Source: Octopus sinensis (Eukaryota). Taken from it: DNA of 31,379 nucleotides. How positions within the stretch are numbered: the first letter of the stretch is position 1; each line of letters opens with the position of its first letter. The stretch lies in assembly GCF_006345805.1 (NCBI RefSeq), contig NW_021832342.1:1-31379 (forward strand). Direction: 5' to 3'. Below the pieces are notes generated by a model that ran no database searches, had not been told where the DNA came from, and saw nothing but the letters and a program-made list of their open reading frames with translations. The position numbers and the translations under genes are program-made. This document shows positions 1 to 9,858 of the stretch, piece after piece.

Positions 1-699
1 ATATTAACGTGAATTTTGGAAGATAATTTAATGAAATGTCCTCAACCTATTCTATACTATAATTTTTGTCACAAAGTGACTCTAATTGCAGTAGTAGATA
101 CAGGTAATTCAACAATATATAAAATTATTAAAATTTTGTTCAACATCGCTATAGAAAATGGGTTATTAGCTAATATTCAATTGGGTATACAACACAATTT
201 TACGATAGAATTTGTTATTCTGGGTAAACTTTCTGATACCCATAATAATATTTATGGCAAAATAGGCCTTAATTTCATTTAAGGTTGTGGGAAATAACAA
301 ACTATCCTTTCTTTCGTTTTGTTTACGTTTAGCGTAACGTTTCGTTTCTGCCGCCGTATGATTCAAATGGGCTCATTCGAAAAAGTAAATAGAAATAGTC
401 TAAGGCTTTACTCTTCTGGGAAAGTCTGTGGCTTGGTGCAGTTTCTTCAGAAAAATCACCGAATGAAACAGTTTTTAAATTTTCACTCCATTCAGGTACC
501 AATTCGTTTTCTTTATCGCTGTCGGATTCACGTTTTCACTTTAATAGCTGCAACCTTGCAAAGAAAAGGAGGAGAAGGGTGATAGCGTCAGTGAACAATT
601 CGCTCCCTTTGTGTGTGTGTGCGTTTGCGTGTGGTGTGTAAACCACATTAAGAAAAACATTTGACATACACACCAGAATGTGAGTTTTCTGTAAATTTT

Positions 700-854
700 G
701 CTTAATTGAGAGTTTAAATTTTAAAAACTGGACCTGGCATGACCATGCATTTACTCTAAAAATGCTAGGTAAATTGTAATTGAAGAAATCCTATATGTAG
801 ATTTCTATAAGTTACAAAGGGAGGCAGATAAAATCTGCCCTTTATAATAAGAGA
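700..854 (-). mobile_element. Possible 5' end of a non-autonomous Helitron-like element
   Basis: Minus strand reads A|TCTCTTATTATAAAGGGCAGATTTTATCTGCC: an A-TC start followed by a GGCAGAT/ATCTGCC hairpin. This resembles Helitron 5' ends. The left boundary is not defined. Confidence 0.3.
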
Positions 855-870
855 TATGTATGTATATATG

Positions 871-2040
871 TAACCGAACCCTAATTATTGTTAAAGATAA
901 ACACATAAATGGAACAGCATTTTTTTATTACACAAGGTTACAGAAAATAATCAATAAATTCGATAGGGTTCGGTTAGACACATACTTACACGCGTACGTA
1001 CGTGCGTGCGTACGTACGTGCGTGCATGCGTACGTACGTGCGGGCGGGCGGGCGTTGCGTGTGTGCGTGCGTGCGTGCGTGCGTGCGGCGAGCGTGCGTA
1101 CGTACGTACGTATGTATGTATGTATGTATACAGGTTAACATGCATTTTGTCGCCGCAAAAAAAAAAGGGAATATAAATTGTTCCGGAAAATTGCTGAAAA
1201 ATTAATGTGAATTACGATAGAAGCCAGAAGTGATGATGCTGGCTTAACGAATGTATAGAACGTACGTATGTTAAATATATGAACACTTGATATATTTTAT
1301 ATAAGATGAAAACAATCATATTTACGTGGAAGCAACAGTCACTGATGCACGATGTGAGATTTGTGAACAGTTTTCTACGATTTCTAAATTTGTTTCGCAA
1401 CACATGCTTATGAAGATATGACCTAAATAAATCGTCGCTAATCCCATATTGTCGCCCAAGTTACTTCTTGGCTGGAATCCATCGCCCGTGTAGAATTTGT
1501 GAAAGGATACTGTCATCGTTTGAATCAACAAAATTGAGCGCATGGTCGACAACTTCATGAGTGTAGAAGTTGTCAAGACCCACATATGAAGCCTACCCAT
1601 GGGATATCAAATGCATTCCTGACAATATCCAATGCCCGATAAAGGTCCAAAGTGTTTCGTGCGTACGATGGCAGATGGAGTTCTTTATCTATCTCTATCT
1701 ATCCACTCAGTCGAAGTCGACTCTCTCTTACTCGATTGATCAGTGTCCTCCAGTCAGTTCTATCCTGGGCCGCGTCTTTCAGATTGGCTATGTCCATTCC
1801 GGTATCACTTTGATGGTGTCAAGCCAGCGGGTTCTTGCTGGGCCTCTTCCTCTCTTGCCACTGACCATTCCGAGCATGATGTCCTTCTCCAGGGATTTTC
1901 TCTGCATAATTGACCAAATATGTCAATCTGTGCTTTGTGATCCTAGCTCTAGCGACATTTTCACAGCCTGATCTGCTTAAGAGTTCTTTATACAAGTTTG
2001 ATATATCACGTGTCGTCACATCCGATTCTCTAGGACAATT
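871..2040 (-). mobile_element. Merlin/IS1595(ISXO2)-like DNA transposon remnant, copy A (contains an RTE insertion)
   Basis: Minus-strand translation ~1680-1330 gives RTHET...WILSGM.LISHG*ASYVGLDNFYTHEVVDH..FV, resembling the Merlin DDE C-terminal half. It is stopped and frameshifted. Left part has a 13-bp IR (871-883/964-976) and a (GCGT)/(ATGT) microsatellite. Confidence 0.7.
1689..1980 (-). mobile_element. 5'-truncated RTE-clade LINE 3' end with 11-bp TSD
   Basis: Homologous to 9404-9682. TSD GAGTTCTTTAT at 1678-1688 and 1981-1991, (GATA)-type tail at the left end. The empty site is present in copy D (~17417). Confidence 0.85.
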
Positions 2041-2159
2041 AACACTCACTTTTTTTATAATAGTAAACTGTATATGATAACCCTGTATACCTAACATAAA
2101 CTCGGAATACGAATATGGAAATGTGTAAAATAAGGGGGTAAAAAAAAATTAGCATCAAA

Positions 2160-2241
2160 TGGCAGCGGTGGGATTCGAACCCACGCCTCCGAAGAGACTG
2201 GTGCCTTAAACCAGCGCCTTAGACCGCTCGGCCACGCTACC
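2160..2241 (-). tRNA. tRNA-Leu-AAG: tRNA-Leu, anticodon AAG (copy 1)
   Basis: 82-nt type II tRNA GGTAGCG...CTGGT TTAAGGC ACCAG...GTTCGAATCC...CGCTGCCA, with a downstream oligo-T terminator. Confidence 0.98.
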
Positions 2242-2573
2242 AATACGTTAACTGTTTGACAGATTAATAGAATTATAATGTCAGTGCGTGTTGTTTGGGT
2301 AAGATAATATTTATATGCAGAAGTGTTTTATATGCCGCCATTTTCAAAGCCTGTGAGTATGTATATACATATATGCATGCATGTATGTTGAGCGGGTGGA
2401 TGCACCCTGGTCCCAAAAACTTCATGCTGAACCCTTTATTCCGTCCGCAAGGGTAGATTGATCTCATCCGAAAGTCATAGACAGGGATACTCTCCTTCCG
2501 ATTACTTCCTTCTTTATCATACCCTTTGCTCGTTCCACTTCTACAACTGTGTGTGTCGGTGGGTGGAGGGTTC

Positions 2574-2625
2574 TTATTTTTGTTTCAGTCACTTGACTAC
2601 GGCCATGCTGGAACACCACCTTGAA
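2574..2625 (-). mobile_element. 3' tip of SINE family S2
   Basis: TTGTTTCAGTCACTTGACTACGGCCATGCTGGAACACC matches the 3' end of the full S2 copy at 27740-28227. A paralog lies at ~18030-18070. Confidence 0.6.
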
Positions 2626-2771
2626 TCAAACAAATCGCGCATACAACACATATAGTTGTAATTGATAATGAAGCAATCTGATAAATATTAAGTAATAAAT
2701 CATACATCATATTTATTAGAAAATGTGAACATGGAACAAGATCACTGAAACAAAACAAAAAGGATGCATAT

Positions 2772-2853
2772 TGGCAGCGGTGGGATTCGAACCCACGTCT
2801 CCGAAGAGACTGATGCCTTAAACCAGCGCCTTAGACCGCTCGGCCACGCTACC
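2772..2853 (-). tRNA. tRNA-Leu-AAG: tRNA-Leu AAG (copy 2, two structure-compatible variants)
   Basis: Anticodon stem 3' strand ATCAG (G-U wobble) and variable arm GAGAC (U-G becomes U-A). Confidence 0.95.
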
Positions 2854-3574
2854 AGAGCCGTCGGCATGTCATATAATTTCCATATATATGGAGACAGCCA
2901 CCAATATATATGTCTGTGGCTTTCGATTGGATAAAGTTACCCACTTTGCAAGATTTAAAAGCTATTAACTTCCTTATCTGTTAACTTATGACAAAAATGA
3001 ATTTCATTTTCATACCAGGCATACAAAACTACATCAGTACATCAAATTTGAAAACAGCTGAAACAAAATTATAAAATGATAAACTGTGACAGCAACAGAA
3101 AAGAACACGGTTGACTTTGGAAGCATACTTTTGCCGTCATGGATAATATAAGGAAATATATCATACATCGTGTACTCCACCTTATTTCGAATTGGAGGGT
3201 ACAAGGTCATTCTCAAAGTTTCCGGTAATTATTGTGCCGGCTCCTTTTACCGAACCGCCATATTAAGAGGACATAAAGAAAGCAGAACCGGTCGCCTATC
3301 GACAGTGGGGGACAAACACTTGACAAGGATAAACACACTTACATATATACATATATAAAACGGGCTTCTAAATATTTCTGACCGAAGCTATAGAAAACAT
3401 TAGCACAAGGTGCCGCCCGATCGCGTACACACGCACACACAGACACATACACAAATATATGGATCAAAAATTAAAGGTATCACGAAAACGAGATTGAAAA
3501 AACAGCAAACAAACAAACGCTCAAGAAAATAGAAGGAAAAGCTTTTTATGCTTCGAGCATACGTTCTTCTAGAG

Positions 3575-3760
3575 TAAGGGTGTCCACAACCTTTTCTTCA
3601 CTTGCGGTACATTTATATTCTTTCCAAAATCGGAATACACCTGTACAAAAAATATAACTAAAAATATAGGGGATAAAATTATATTCAGGTTACACTGCGG
3701 CACACCAAGCATTGTCTCGTGACACACCAGTGTGTCGCGACAACCCGTTGCAGAGCACTG
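3575..3760. mobile_element. hAT-Charlie-like MITE, copy 1
   Basis: Flanked by TTCTAGAG (3567-3574) and TTCTAGAC (3761-3768), i.e. a TCTAGA-core 8-bp TSD typical of Charlie. Imperfect TIRs AAGTGGTCCACAACC (copies 2-4; this copy has AAGGGTGTCC) vs CAGTGCTCTGCAACG, and a GTGTCGCGACACAC-type subterminal motif. Confidence 0.7.
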
Positions 3761-3927
3761 TTCTAGACAAAGAATAGACGAGGGCAGAAAAAAAATGGAG
3801 AGAGAATTCAAAAAACGAGTTACAGTTAGACGTTTGTCGCATCCATAATGTTTGAGCTGTGTTGTAATTTTCATATGTATATGAAATATGAAAAAACAAA
3901 TATACCAAAAACGTTATTAAAAGTTAT

Positions 3928-4009
3928 TGGCAGCGGTGGGATTCGAACCCACGCCTCCGAAGAGACTGGTGCCTTAAACCAGCGCCTTAGACCGCTCGGC
4001 CACGCTACC
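3928..4009 (-). tRNA. tRNA-Leu-AAG: tRNA-Leu AAG (copy 3)
   Basis: Identical to the cluster consensus, 82 nt. Confidence 0.98.
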
Positions 4010-4101
4010 GACAGCTGCAGGGTTACATTACAATATAGTCACCATGAGTATGCATCTCCTGTGAAAAACGATTTTTTATTATCAATATTTTACATGTATA
4101 A

Positions 4102-4496
4102 GGCAGCGAGCTGGCAGAAACGATAACACGCTGGACGAAATGCTTAGCGGTATTTCGTTTGCCGCTACGTTCTGAGTTCAAATTTTCCGCCGAGGTCGAC
4201 TTTGTCTTTCATCCTTTCGGGGTCGATAAATTAAGTACCAGTTACGCACTGGGTCGATCAATCGACTTAATCCGTTGTTGTCTGTCTTGTTGCTCCTTCT
4301 GTTTACTACCCTTGTGGGTAGTAAAGAAATAGGTATTTCGTCTGACTTGATAATTTGATTTCAAATTCCGCCGAGATCAACTTTGCTTTCATCTTTGGGG
4401 GCGATAAATCAAGTACCAGTTGCGTACAGTGGCCGATCAAATGACTGGCCCCGTCCCCAAAACTTTCAGGCCTTGTGCCTAGAGTAGAAAAGAATA
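4102..4496 (+). mobile_element. SINE family S1 (tRNA-like head, two body modules) with ~16-bp TSD
   Basis: B-box-like GAGTTCAAATT twice, TTTCATCCTTTCGGGGTCGATAAA core, and 3' end TGTGCCTAGAGTAGAAAAGA. TSD ATATTTTACATGTATA (4085-4100) and ATACTTTACATGTATA (4494-4509). Confidence 0.85.
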
Positions 4497-4576
4497 CTTT
4501 ACATGTATATATTTATCAAAATAATGTAGTTATCGAATCTAAATCTGATCAATGAAATGTTGCCAAAACTAATATG

Positions 4577-4658
4577 TGGCAGCGGTGGGATTTGAACCCA
4601 CGCCTCCGAAGAGACTGGTGCCTAAAACCAGCGCCTTAGACCACTCGGCCACGCTACC
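4577..4658 (-). tRNA. tRNA-Leu-TAG: tRNA-Leu, anticodon TAG (copy 4; T-loop TTCAAAT variant)
   Basis: Anticodon loop TTTAGGC, D-loop GAGTGG. G57A still fits the B-box. Confidence 0.95.
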
Positions 4659-5072
4659 AGAACAGTTCGACAGTCCATATATTACTATGAAATTATCACG
4701 CTATTGTGTAATCTCATAGGAAGATAAAGTATTTATGTGTGACAGTTTGACAGTCTTATACTTCGATATTTTGTGTATCTGTATGCACACACTCTCTCTC
4801 TCTCTCACCCCACCCCCTCTCATATATACTTATATAAAACGGGCTTCGACACAGTGGCTATCTTCTAAATTTTTCTAACCGAAGCTATCGAAAACATTAG
4901 CACAAGGTGCCGCCCGATCGCGTACACACGCACACACAGACTCACACACAAATATATGGACCAAAAATTAAAGGTATCACGAAAACGAGATTGAAAAAAA
5001 AAGCAAACAAACAAACGCTCAAGAAAATAGAAAGAAAAGCTTTTTATGCTTCGAGCATACGTTCTTCTAGAG

Positions 5073-5263
5073 TAAGTGGTCCACAACCTTTTTTTTTTCA
5101 CTTGCGGTACATTTATATTCTTTCCAAAATTCGGAATACACCTGTACAAAAAATATAACTAAAAATATAGGGGATAAAATTATATTCAGGTTACACTGCG
5201 GCACACCAAGCATCGTCTCGTGACACACCAGTGTGTTCGCGACAAACCCGTTGCAGAGCACCG
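5073..5263. mobile_element. hAT-Charlie-like MITE, copy 2
   Basis: Same element and TTCTAGAG/TTCTAGAC flanks as 3575-3760. Confidence 0.7.
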
Positions 5264-5361
5264 TTCTAGACAAAGAATGGACGAGGACAGAAAAGAAAGG
5301 AGAGAGAATACAAAAAACGAGTTACAGTTAGACGTTGAAACAAAACAAAAAGAATGTATAT

Positions 5362-5443
5362 TGGCAGCGGTGGGATTCGAACCCACGCCTCCGAAGAGAC
5401 TGGTGCCTTAAACCAGCGCCTTAGACCGCTCGGCCACGCTACC
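5362..5443 (-). tRNA. tRNA-Leu-AAG: tRNA-Leu AAG (copy 5)
   Basis: Consensus sequence. Confidence 0.98.
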
Positions 5444-5538
5444 GACGAGAAGAATTACTACGTTACAATATAGTCATCATGAGTATGCATCTCCTGTGGG
5501 AAAACGATGTTTTATATATCAATGTTTTACATGTATAA

Positions 5539-6093
5539 GGCACCGTGCTGGGAGAATCGTTAGCACGCCGGGCGAAATGCTTACCGGTATTTCGTCTGTC
5601 ATTACGTTCTGAGTTCAAATTCCGCCGAGTCGACTTTGCCGTTCATCCTTTCGGGATCGATTAAATAAGTACCAGATACGCACTGGGGTTGATGTAATCG
5701 ACTTAATCCGTTTGTCTGTCCTTGTTTGTCCTTTCTCTATGTTTAGCCCCCTGTGGGTAGTAAAGAAATAGGTATTTCGTCTACCGTTACGTTCTGAGTT
5801 CAAATTCCGCCGGGCTCGATTAAATAAGTACCAGTTACGCACTGGGTCGATCTAATCGACTTAATCCGTTTGTCTGTCCTTGTTTGTCTCCTCTGTGTTT
5901 AGCCCCTTGTGGGTAGTAAAGAAATAGGTATTTCGCCCGACTTGATACTTTGAGTTCAAATTCCGCCCAGGTCAACTTTGCTTTCATCCTTTTGGGGTCG
6001 ATAAATCAAGTACCAGTTGCGTACAGTGGCCGATCCAATGACTGGCACCGTACCCAAAACTCTCAGGTCTTGTGCCTAGAGTAGAAAAGAATA
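5539..6093 (+). mobile_element. SINE family S1, three body modules
   Basis: GAGTTCAAATT module occurs three times. Same ends and TTTACATGTATA flanks as 4102-4496. Confidence 0.85.
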
Positions 6094-6173
6094 CTTTACA
6101 TGTATATATTTATCAAAATAATGTAGTTATCGAATCTAAATCTGATCATTGAAATTTTGCCAAAGTTAACATG

Positions 6174-6255
6174 TGGCAGCGGTGGGATTCGAACCCACGC
6201 CTCCGAAGAGACTGGTGCCTAAAACCAGCGCCTTAGACCACTCGGCCACGCTACC
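6174..6255 (-). tRNA. tRNA-Leu-TAG: tRNA-Leu TAG (copy 6)
   Basis: Consensus TAG sequence. Confidence 0.98.
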
Positions 6256-6547
6256 AGAACACTTCGGTAGTCCATATATTACAATGAAATTATCACGCTA
6301 TTGTGTAATCTCATAGGAAGATAAAGTATTTATGTGTGACAGTTTGACAGTCTTATACTTCGATATTTTGTGTATCTGTATGCACACTCTCTCTCTCTCT
6401 CTCTCATTCACACTCCCCCTCTCTCACTCGCTCTTTCTCTCTCTATCTTTCTATGAATCTGTGTATGTGTATGTATGTATGTATGTATTATGTAAACACA
6501 TGCCTACACTCACACACGCGCACACACACAGTAGGACAGAGAGGTCC

Positions 6548-6597
6548 TCACAGCCTTGTGAGTGGATTTGGTAGACGGAAACTGAAAGAAACCCGTC
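6548..6597 (+). mobile_element. Internal fragment of SINE S2 (paralogs 13638-13687 and 15781-15829)
   Basis: GCCTTGTGAGTGGATTTGGTAGACGGAAACTGAAAGAA matches S2 at ~28065-28110 (reverse complement). Confidence 0.75.
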
Positions 6598-6679
6598 GGT
6601 AGCGTGGCCGAGCGGTCTAAGGCGCTGGTTTAAGGCACCAGTCTCCTCGGAGGCGTAGGTTCGAATCCCACCGCTGCCA
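6598..6679 (+). tRNA. tRNA-Leu-AAG: tRNA-Leu AAG (copy 7, probable pseudogene)
   Basis: T-stem GTAGG/CCCAC has an A-C mismatch, the variable loop is CTCG, and the native 5' flank is deleted. Confidence 0.8.
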
Positions 6680-6706
6680 ATTTGTATTTTTTTTTTTTAC
6701 ATTTCC

Positions 6707-6742
<36 letters not shown>

Positions 6743-7013
6743 ACAATTGAGGGTAAAATTAATTAATTAATCAATTTCACCAAGTGTTCAGTATGTAAAA
6801 GGACCATTTAAGGTGAATTCAAAATATTACATTATATAATTAGGGCTTAGTAAAATAAATTACTTTGCTACATACTGAACTTAGTAGAAATAGCAGCCAA
6901 AAAAAATTTTCTTAGCATTTCTACTACTTAAAGAAAATTTCTCTCAGATAACGTTTACTCCAGACAGCTCACGAAGGTTTGGAGGTAAATACAGAAAAAT
7001 ATCACAAGTACAT

Positions 7014-7088
7014 AGATCGTTTGAGTACGTCAGCGTTTCAAGATTAGCCAAATAAAATCAGCATTTCTTTCGTCAGCTCAAAATTTCT
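7014..7088 (-). ncRNA. Type I hammerhead ribozyme (array 1, copy 1)
   Basis: Minus strand: AGA AAT TTTGAG CTGACGA AAGA AAT GCTGA TTTTAT TTGGC TAA TCTT GAAA CG CTGA CGT A CTCAAA CGA TCT. Stem I TTTGAG/CTCAAA, stem II AAGA/TCTT, stem III ACG/CGT, GUA cleavage triplet (H17 = 7026). Confidence 0.88.
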
Positions 7089-7576
7089 TAATTTGTATTT
7101 GGAAACACTAAAAAGAAGGAACTTTACCTATCAGCGAACTTGTCGCTTCAGATGAACCACTCCAACTAACAGTGTCAACAAATTCAAAATGCGCAGGCGT
7201 AAATTTCTGCACTCCCCTTCCACCCACGTGGTCTATCTAGCAAACACTATATTTTAACCGCGAGAACCGAGGCAGTATGACCGAGAGAAATGAATTATAA
7301 TATCAACAATTGAGGGTAAAATTAATTAATTAATCAATTTCACCAAGTGTTCAGTATGTAAAAGGACCATTTAAGGTGAATTCAAAATATTACATTATAT
7401 AATTAGGGCTTAGTAAAATAAATTACTTTGCCACATACTGAACTTAGTAGAAATAGCAGCCAAAAAAAATTTTCTTAGCATTTCTACTACTTAAAGAAAA
7501 TTTCTCTCAGATAATGTTTACTCCAGACAGCTCACGAAGGTTTGGAGGTAAATACAGAAAAATATCACAAGTACCT

Positions 7577-7638
7577 AGATCGTTTGAGTACGTCAACGTT
7601 TCAAGATTAGCCAAATAAAATCAGCATTTCTTTCGTCA
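7577..7638 (-). ncRNA. Truncated hammerhead (array 1, copy 2)
   Basis: Same motif, but the array breaks at U4: C3 and the 5' stem I strand are missing. Confidence 0.75.
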
Positions 7639-7839
7639 TACATGTATGTATGTATATATGTAACCGAACCCTAATTATTGTTAAAGATAACACATACATG
7701 GAACAGCATTTTTTATTACACAAGGTTACAGCAAATATTCAATAAATTCGATAGGGTTCGGTTATACACATACTTACACGCGTACGTACGTGCATGCGTA
7801 TGTACGTGCGTACGTACGTGCGTGCGTACGTGCGGGCGG

Positions 7840-7915
<76 letters not shown>

Positions 7916-8112
7916 TACGTATGTATGTATGTATGTATGTATACAGGTTAACATGCATTTTGTCGCCGCAAAAAGAAAAAGGAAATATATATTGTCGTGA
8001 AAAATTGCTGAAAAATTAATGTGAATTACGATAGAAGCCGGAAGTGATGACGCTGGCTAAACGAATGTATAGAAGGTACGTATGTTAAATATAACATGAA
8101 CACTTGATATAT

Positions 8113-9015
8113 ATAATGAAATTATTGTATACAGTGCTCAGGTGCACCACAACTTGTCAGAAAGTGCATATAAAGTACATGCAGTAATGTAGAAATGTCT
8201 GGAAAGTGAACATGCTTGTGTGTGTATGGAGGGGAGAAAATCAAGTGTGGTGTTGGCGAATCTCAGGAAGCATGGAAGTTTTGAAGGATGCAGTGCTCCG
8301 ACAACTAACAACCGATGCCGGCAGTTTGTTCCACGCTTCAGCAACTCTCAGCGTGAAAAAATGGAGAGCTGTGCTGTTTTCTGACTTTGTAAATATGTCC
8401 ACGGGTGTTAGATGGGTGGAGTTTGAAGAGGTGCTCAGAGTTATTGTTTGTGCGATGGTTGATAATGTTATGGGTGTCTGCCAAGTCAGCTGCCAGACGT
8501 CGGAGTTTCAATGTGTCCATGCCCAGGGAAGTAAGGCGTTCAGGATATGGCAAATGCCTGATGGAGGGTATTCTTTTGGTTGCACGTCGCTGAACAGCTT
8601 CCAGACGATTGATGTCCTGGGCAAGATAGGGGTTCCAGACCGGTGATGCAAATTCCAGGTGAGGTCTTACCATAGCTATATAAAGCCGCAGATAGATAGC
8701 CGGAGAGCGGCTCACAAAGGATTTGGTGAGTGATGCCAAGACACCCTCAGCCTTCTAGACAATTTTAGTGATGTGTTTTGTCCAACGCAAATCACTGTCG
8801 ACAATAACACCCAGGTCACGTTCACTTGAAGACTTTTTGAGACTAGTGTTGTGGAGAGAGTAGGTGGACGCCGGGTTTCTCCTCCCAAAATGCATGGTGG
8901 TACATTTGTCCACAGCCAGCTTGAGTTGCCAGTCCTTGATCCACTGCTGCATTGTGTCCAGGTCTGCTTGCAATAGAGATCCATAGTGTACAGGATTTGA
9001 CCTCTTTATTTCGAG
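8113..9015 (-). mobile_element. 5'-truncated CR1-clade LINE (RT C-terminus and 3' UTR)
   Basis: ORFs 8755-9030 and 8338-8739: LQADLDTMQQWIKDWQLKL..KC..MHFG..N...ERDLGVIVD and LYIAMVRPHLEFASPVWNPY...LEAVQRRATK...YPERL..LG..TL..RRL, typical CR1/L2 RT thumb motifs. Absent from copies A, C and D. Confidence 0.92.
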
Positions 9016-9403
9016 ATAAGATGAAAACAATCATATTTACGTGGAAGTAACAGTCACTGATGCACGAAATGAGATTTGTGAACAGTTTTCCACGATTTCT
9101 AAATTTGTTTCGCAACACATTCTTATGAAGATATGATTTAAATAAATCGTCGCTAATCCCATATTGTCGCCTGAGTTTCTTCATTGCGGGAATCCATCGC
9201 CCATGTAGAATTTGTGAAAGGATACTGTCATCGTTTGAATCAACAAAATTGAGCGCATGGTCGACAACTTCATGAGTGTAGAAGTTGTCTAGACCCACAT
9301 ATGAAGCCTACCCATGGGATATCAAAAGCATTCCTGACAATATCCAATGCCCGATAAAGGTCCAAAATGTTTCGTGCGTACGATGGCAGATGGAGTTCTT
9401 TAT

Positions 9404-9682
9404 CTATCTCTATCTATCCGCTCAGTCGAAGTCGACTCTCTCCTACTCGATTGATCAGTGTCCTCTAGATAGTTCATATCAGATTGGCTATGTCCATTCC
9501 GGTATCACTTTTGATGGTGTCAAGCCAGCGGGTTCTTGCTGGGCCTCTTCCTCTCTTGCCACTGACCATTCCGAGCATGATGTCCTTCTCCAGGGATTTT
9601 CTCCGCATAATATGACCAAAATATGTCAATCTATGCTTTCTGATCCTAGCTTCTAGCGACATTTTCAGCCTGATCTGCTTAA
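9404..9682 (-). mobile_element. RTE-clade LINE 3' end with 11-bp TSD
   Basis: ORF 9474-9662 RKHRLTYFGHIMRRKSLEKDIMLGMVSGKRGRGPARTRWLDTIKSD resembles the RTE/BovB C-terminus. TSD GAGTTCTTTAT at 9393-9403 and 9683-9693. Confidence 0.9.
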
Positions 9683-9858
9683 GAGTTCTTTATACAAGTT
9701 TGATATATCACTGTCGTCACATCCGATTCTCTAGACAATTAACAATCACTTTTTTATAATAGTAAACTGTATATGATAACTTTGTATACCTAACATAAAC
9801 TTGGAATACGAATATCAAAATGTGCAAAAAAGGGAGTAAAAAAATAAAAAGCATCAAA

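Larger units (their letters stand above)
6741..7638 (-). repeat. Retrozyme-like tandem array 1 (563-bp unit, ~1.6 copies)
   Basis: CAACAATTGAGGG recurs at 6741 and 7304. The left flank is (TA)n. Each unit carries a hammerhead motif. Confidence 0.9.
7661..9730 (-). mobile_element. Merlin-like remnant, copy B (interrupted by CR1 and RTE)
   Basis: Minus translation ~9385-9050: RTHETFWTFIGHWILSGMLLISHG*ASYVGLDNFYTHEVVDHALNFVDSNDDSILSQILHGRWIPAMKKLRRQYGISDDLFKSYLHKNVLRNKFRNRGKLFTNLISCISDCY. Confidence 0.75.

Noticed and set aside
1-600. ORFs 16-282 and 319-582
   Set aside because: AT-rich, no recognisable domain, and short enough to arise by chance.
6741-7638. The ~550-bp arrays as plain satellite DNA or Helentron-derived repeats
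   Set aside because: Not fully excluded. However, a complete hammerhead core with covarying stems in every full unit is better explained by a retrozyme-like RNA element.
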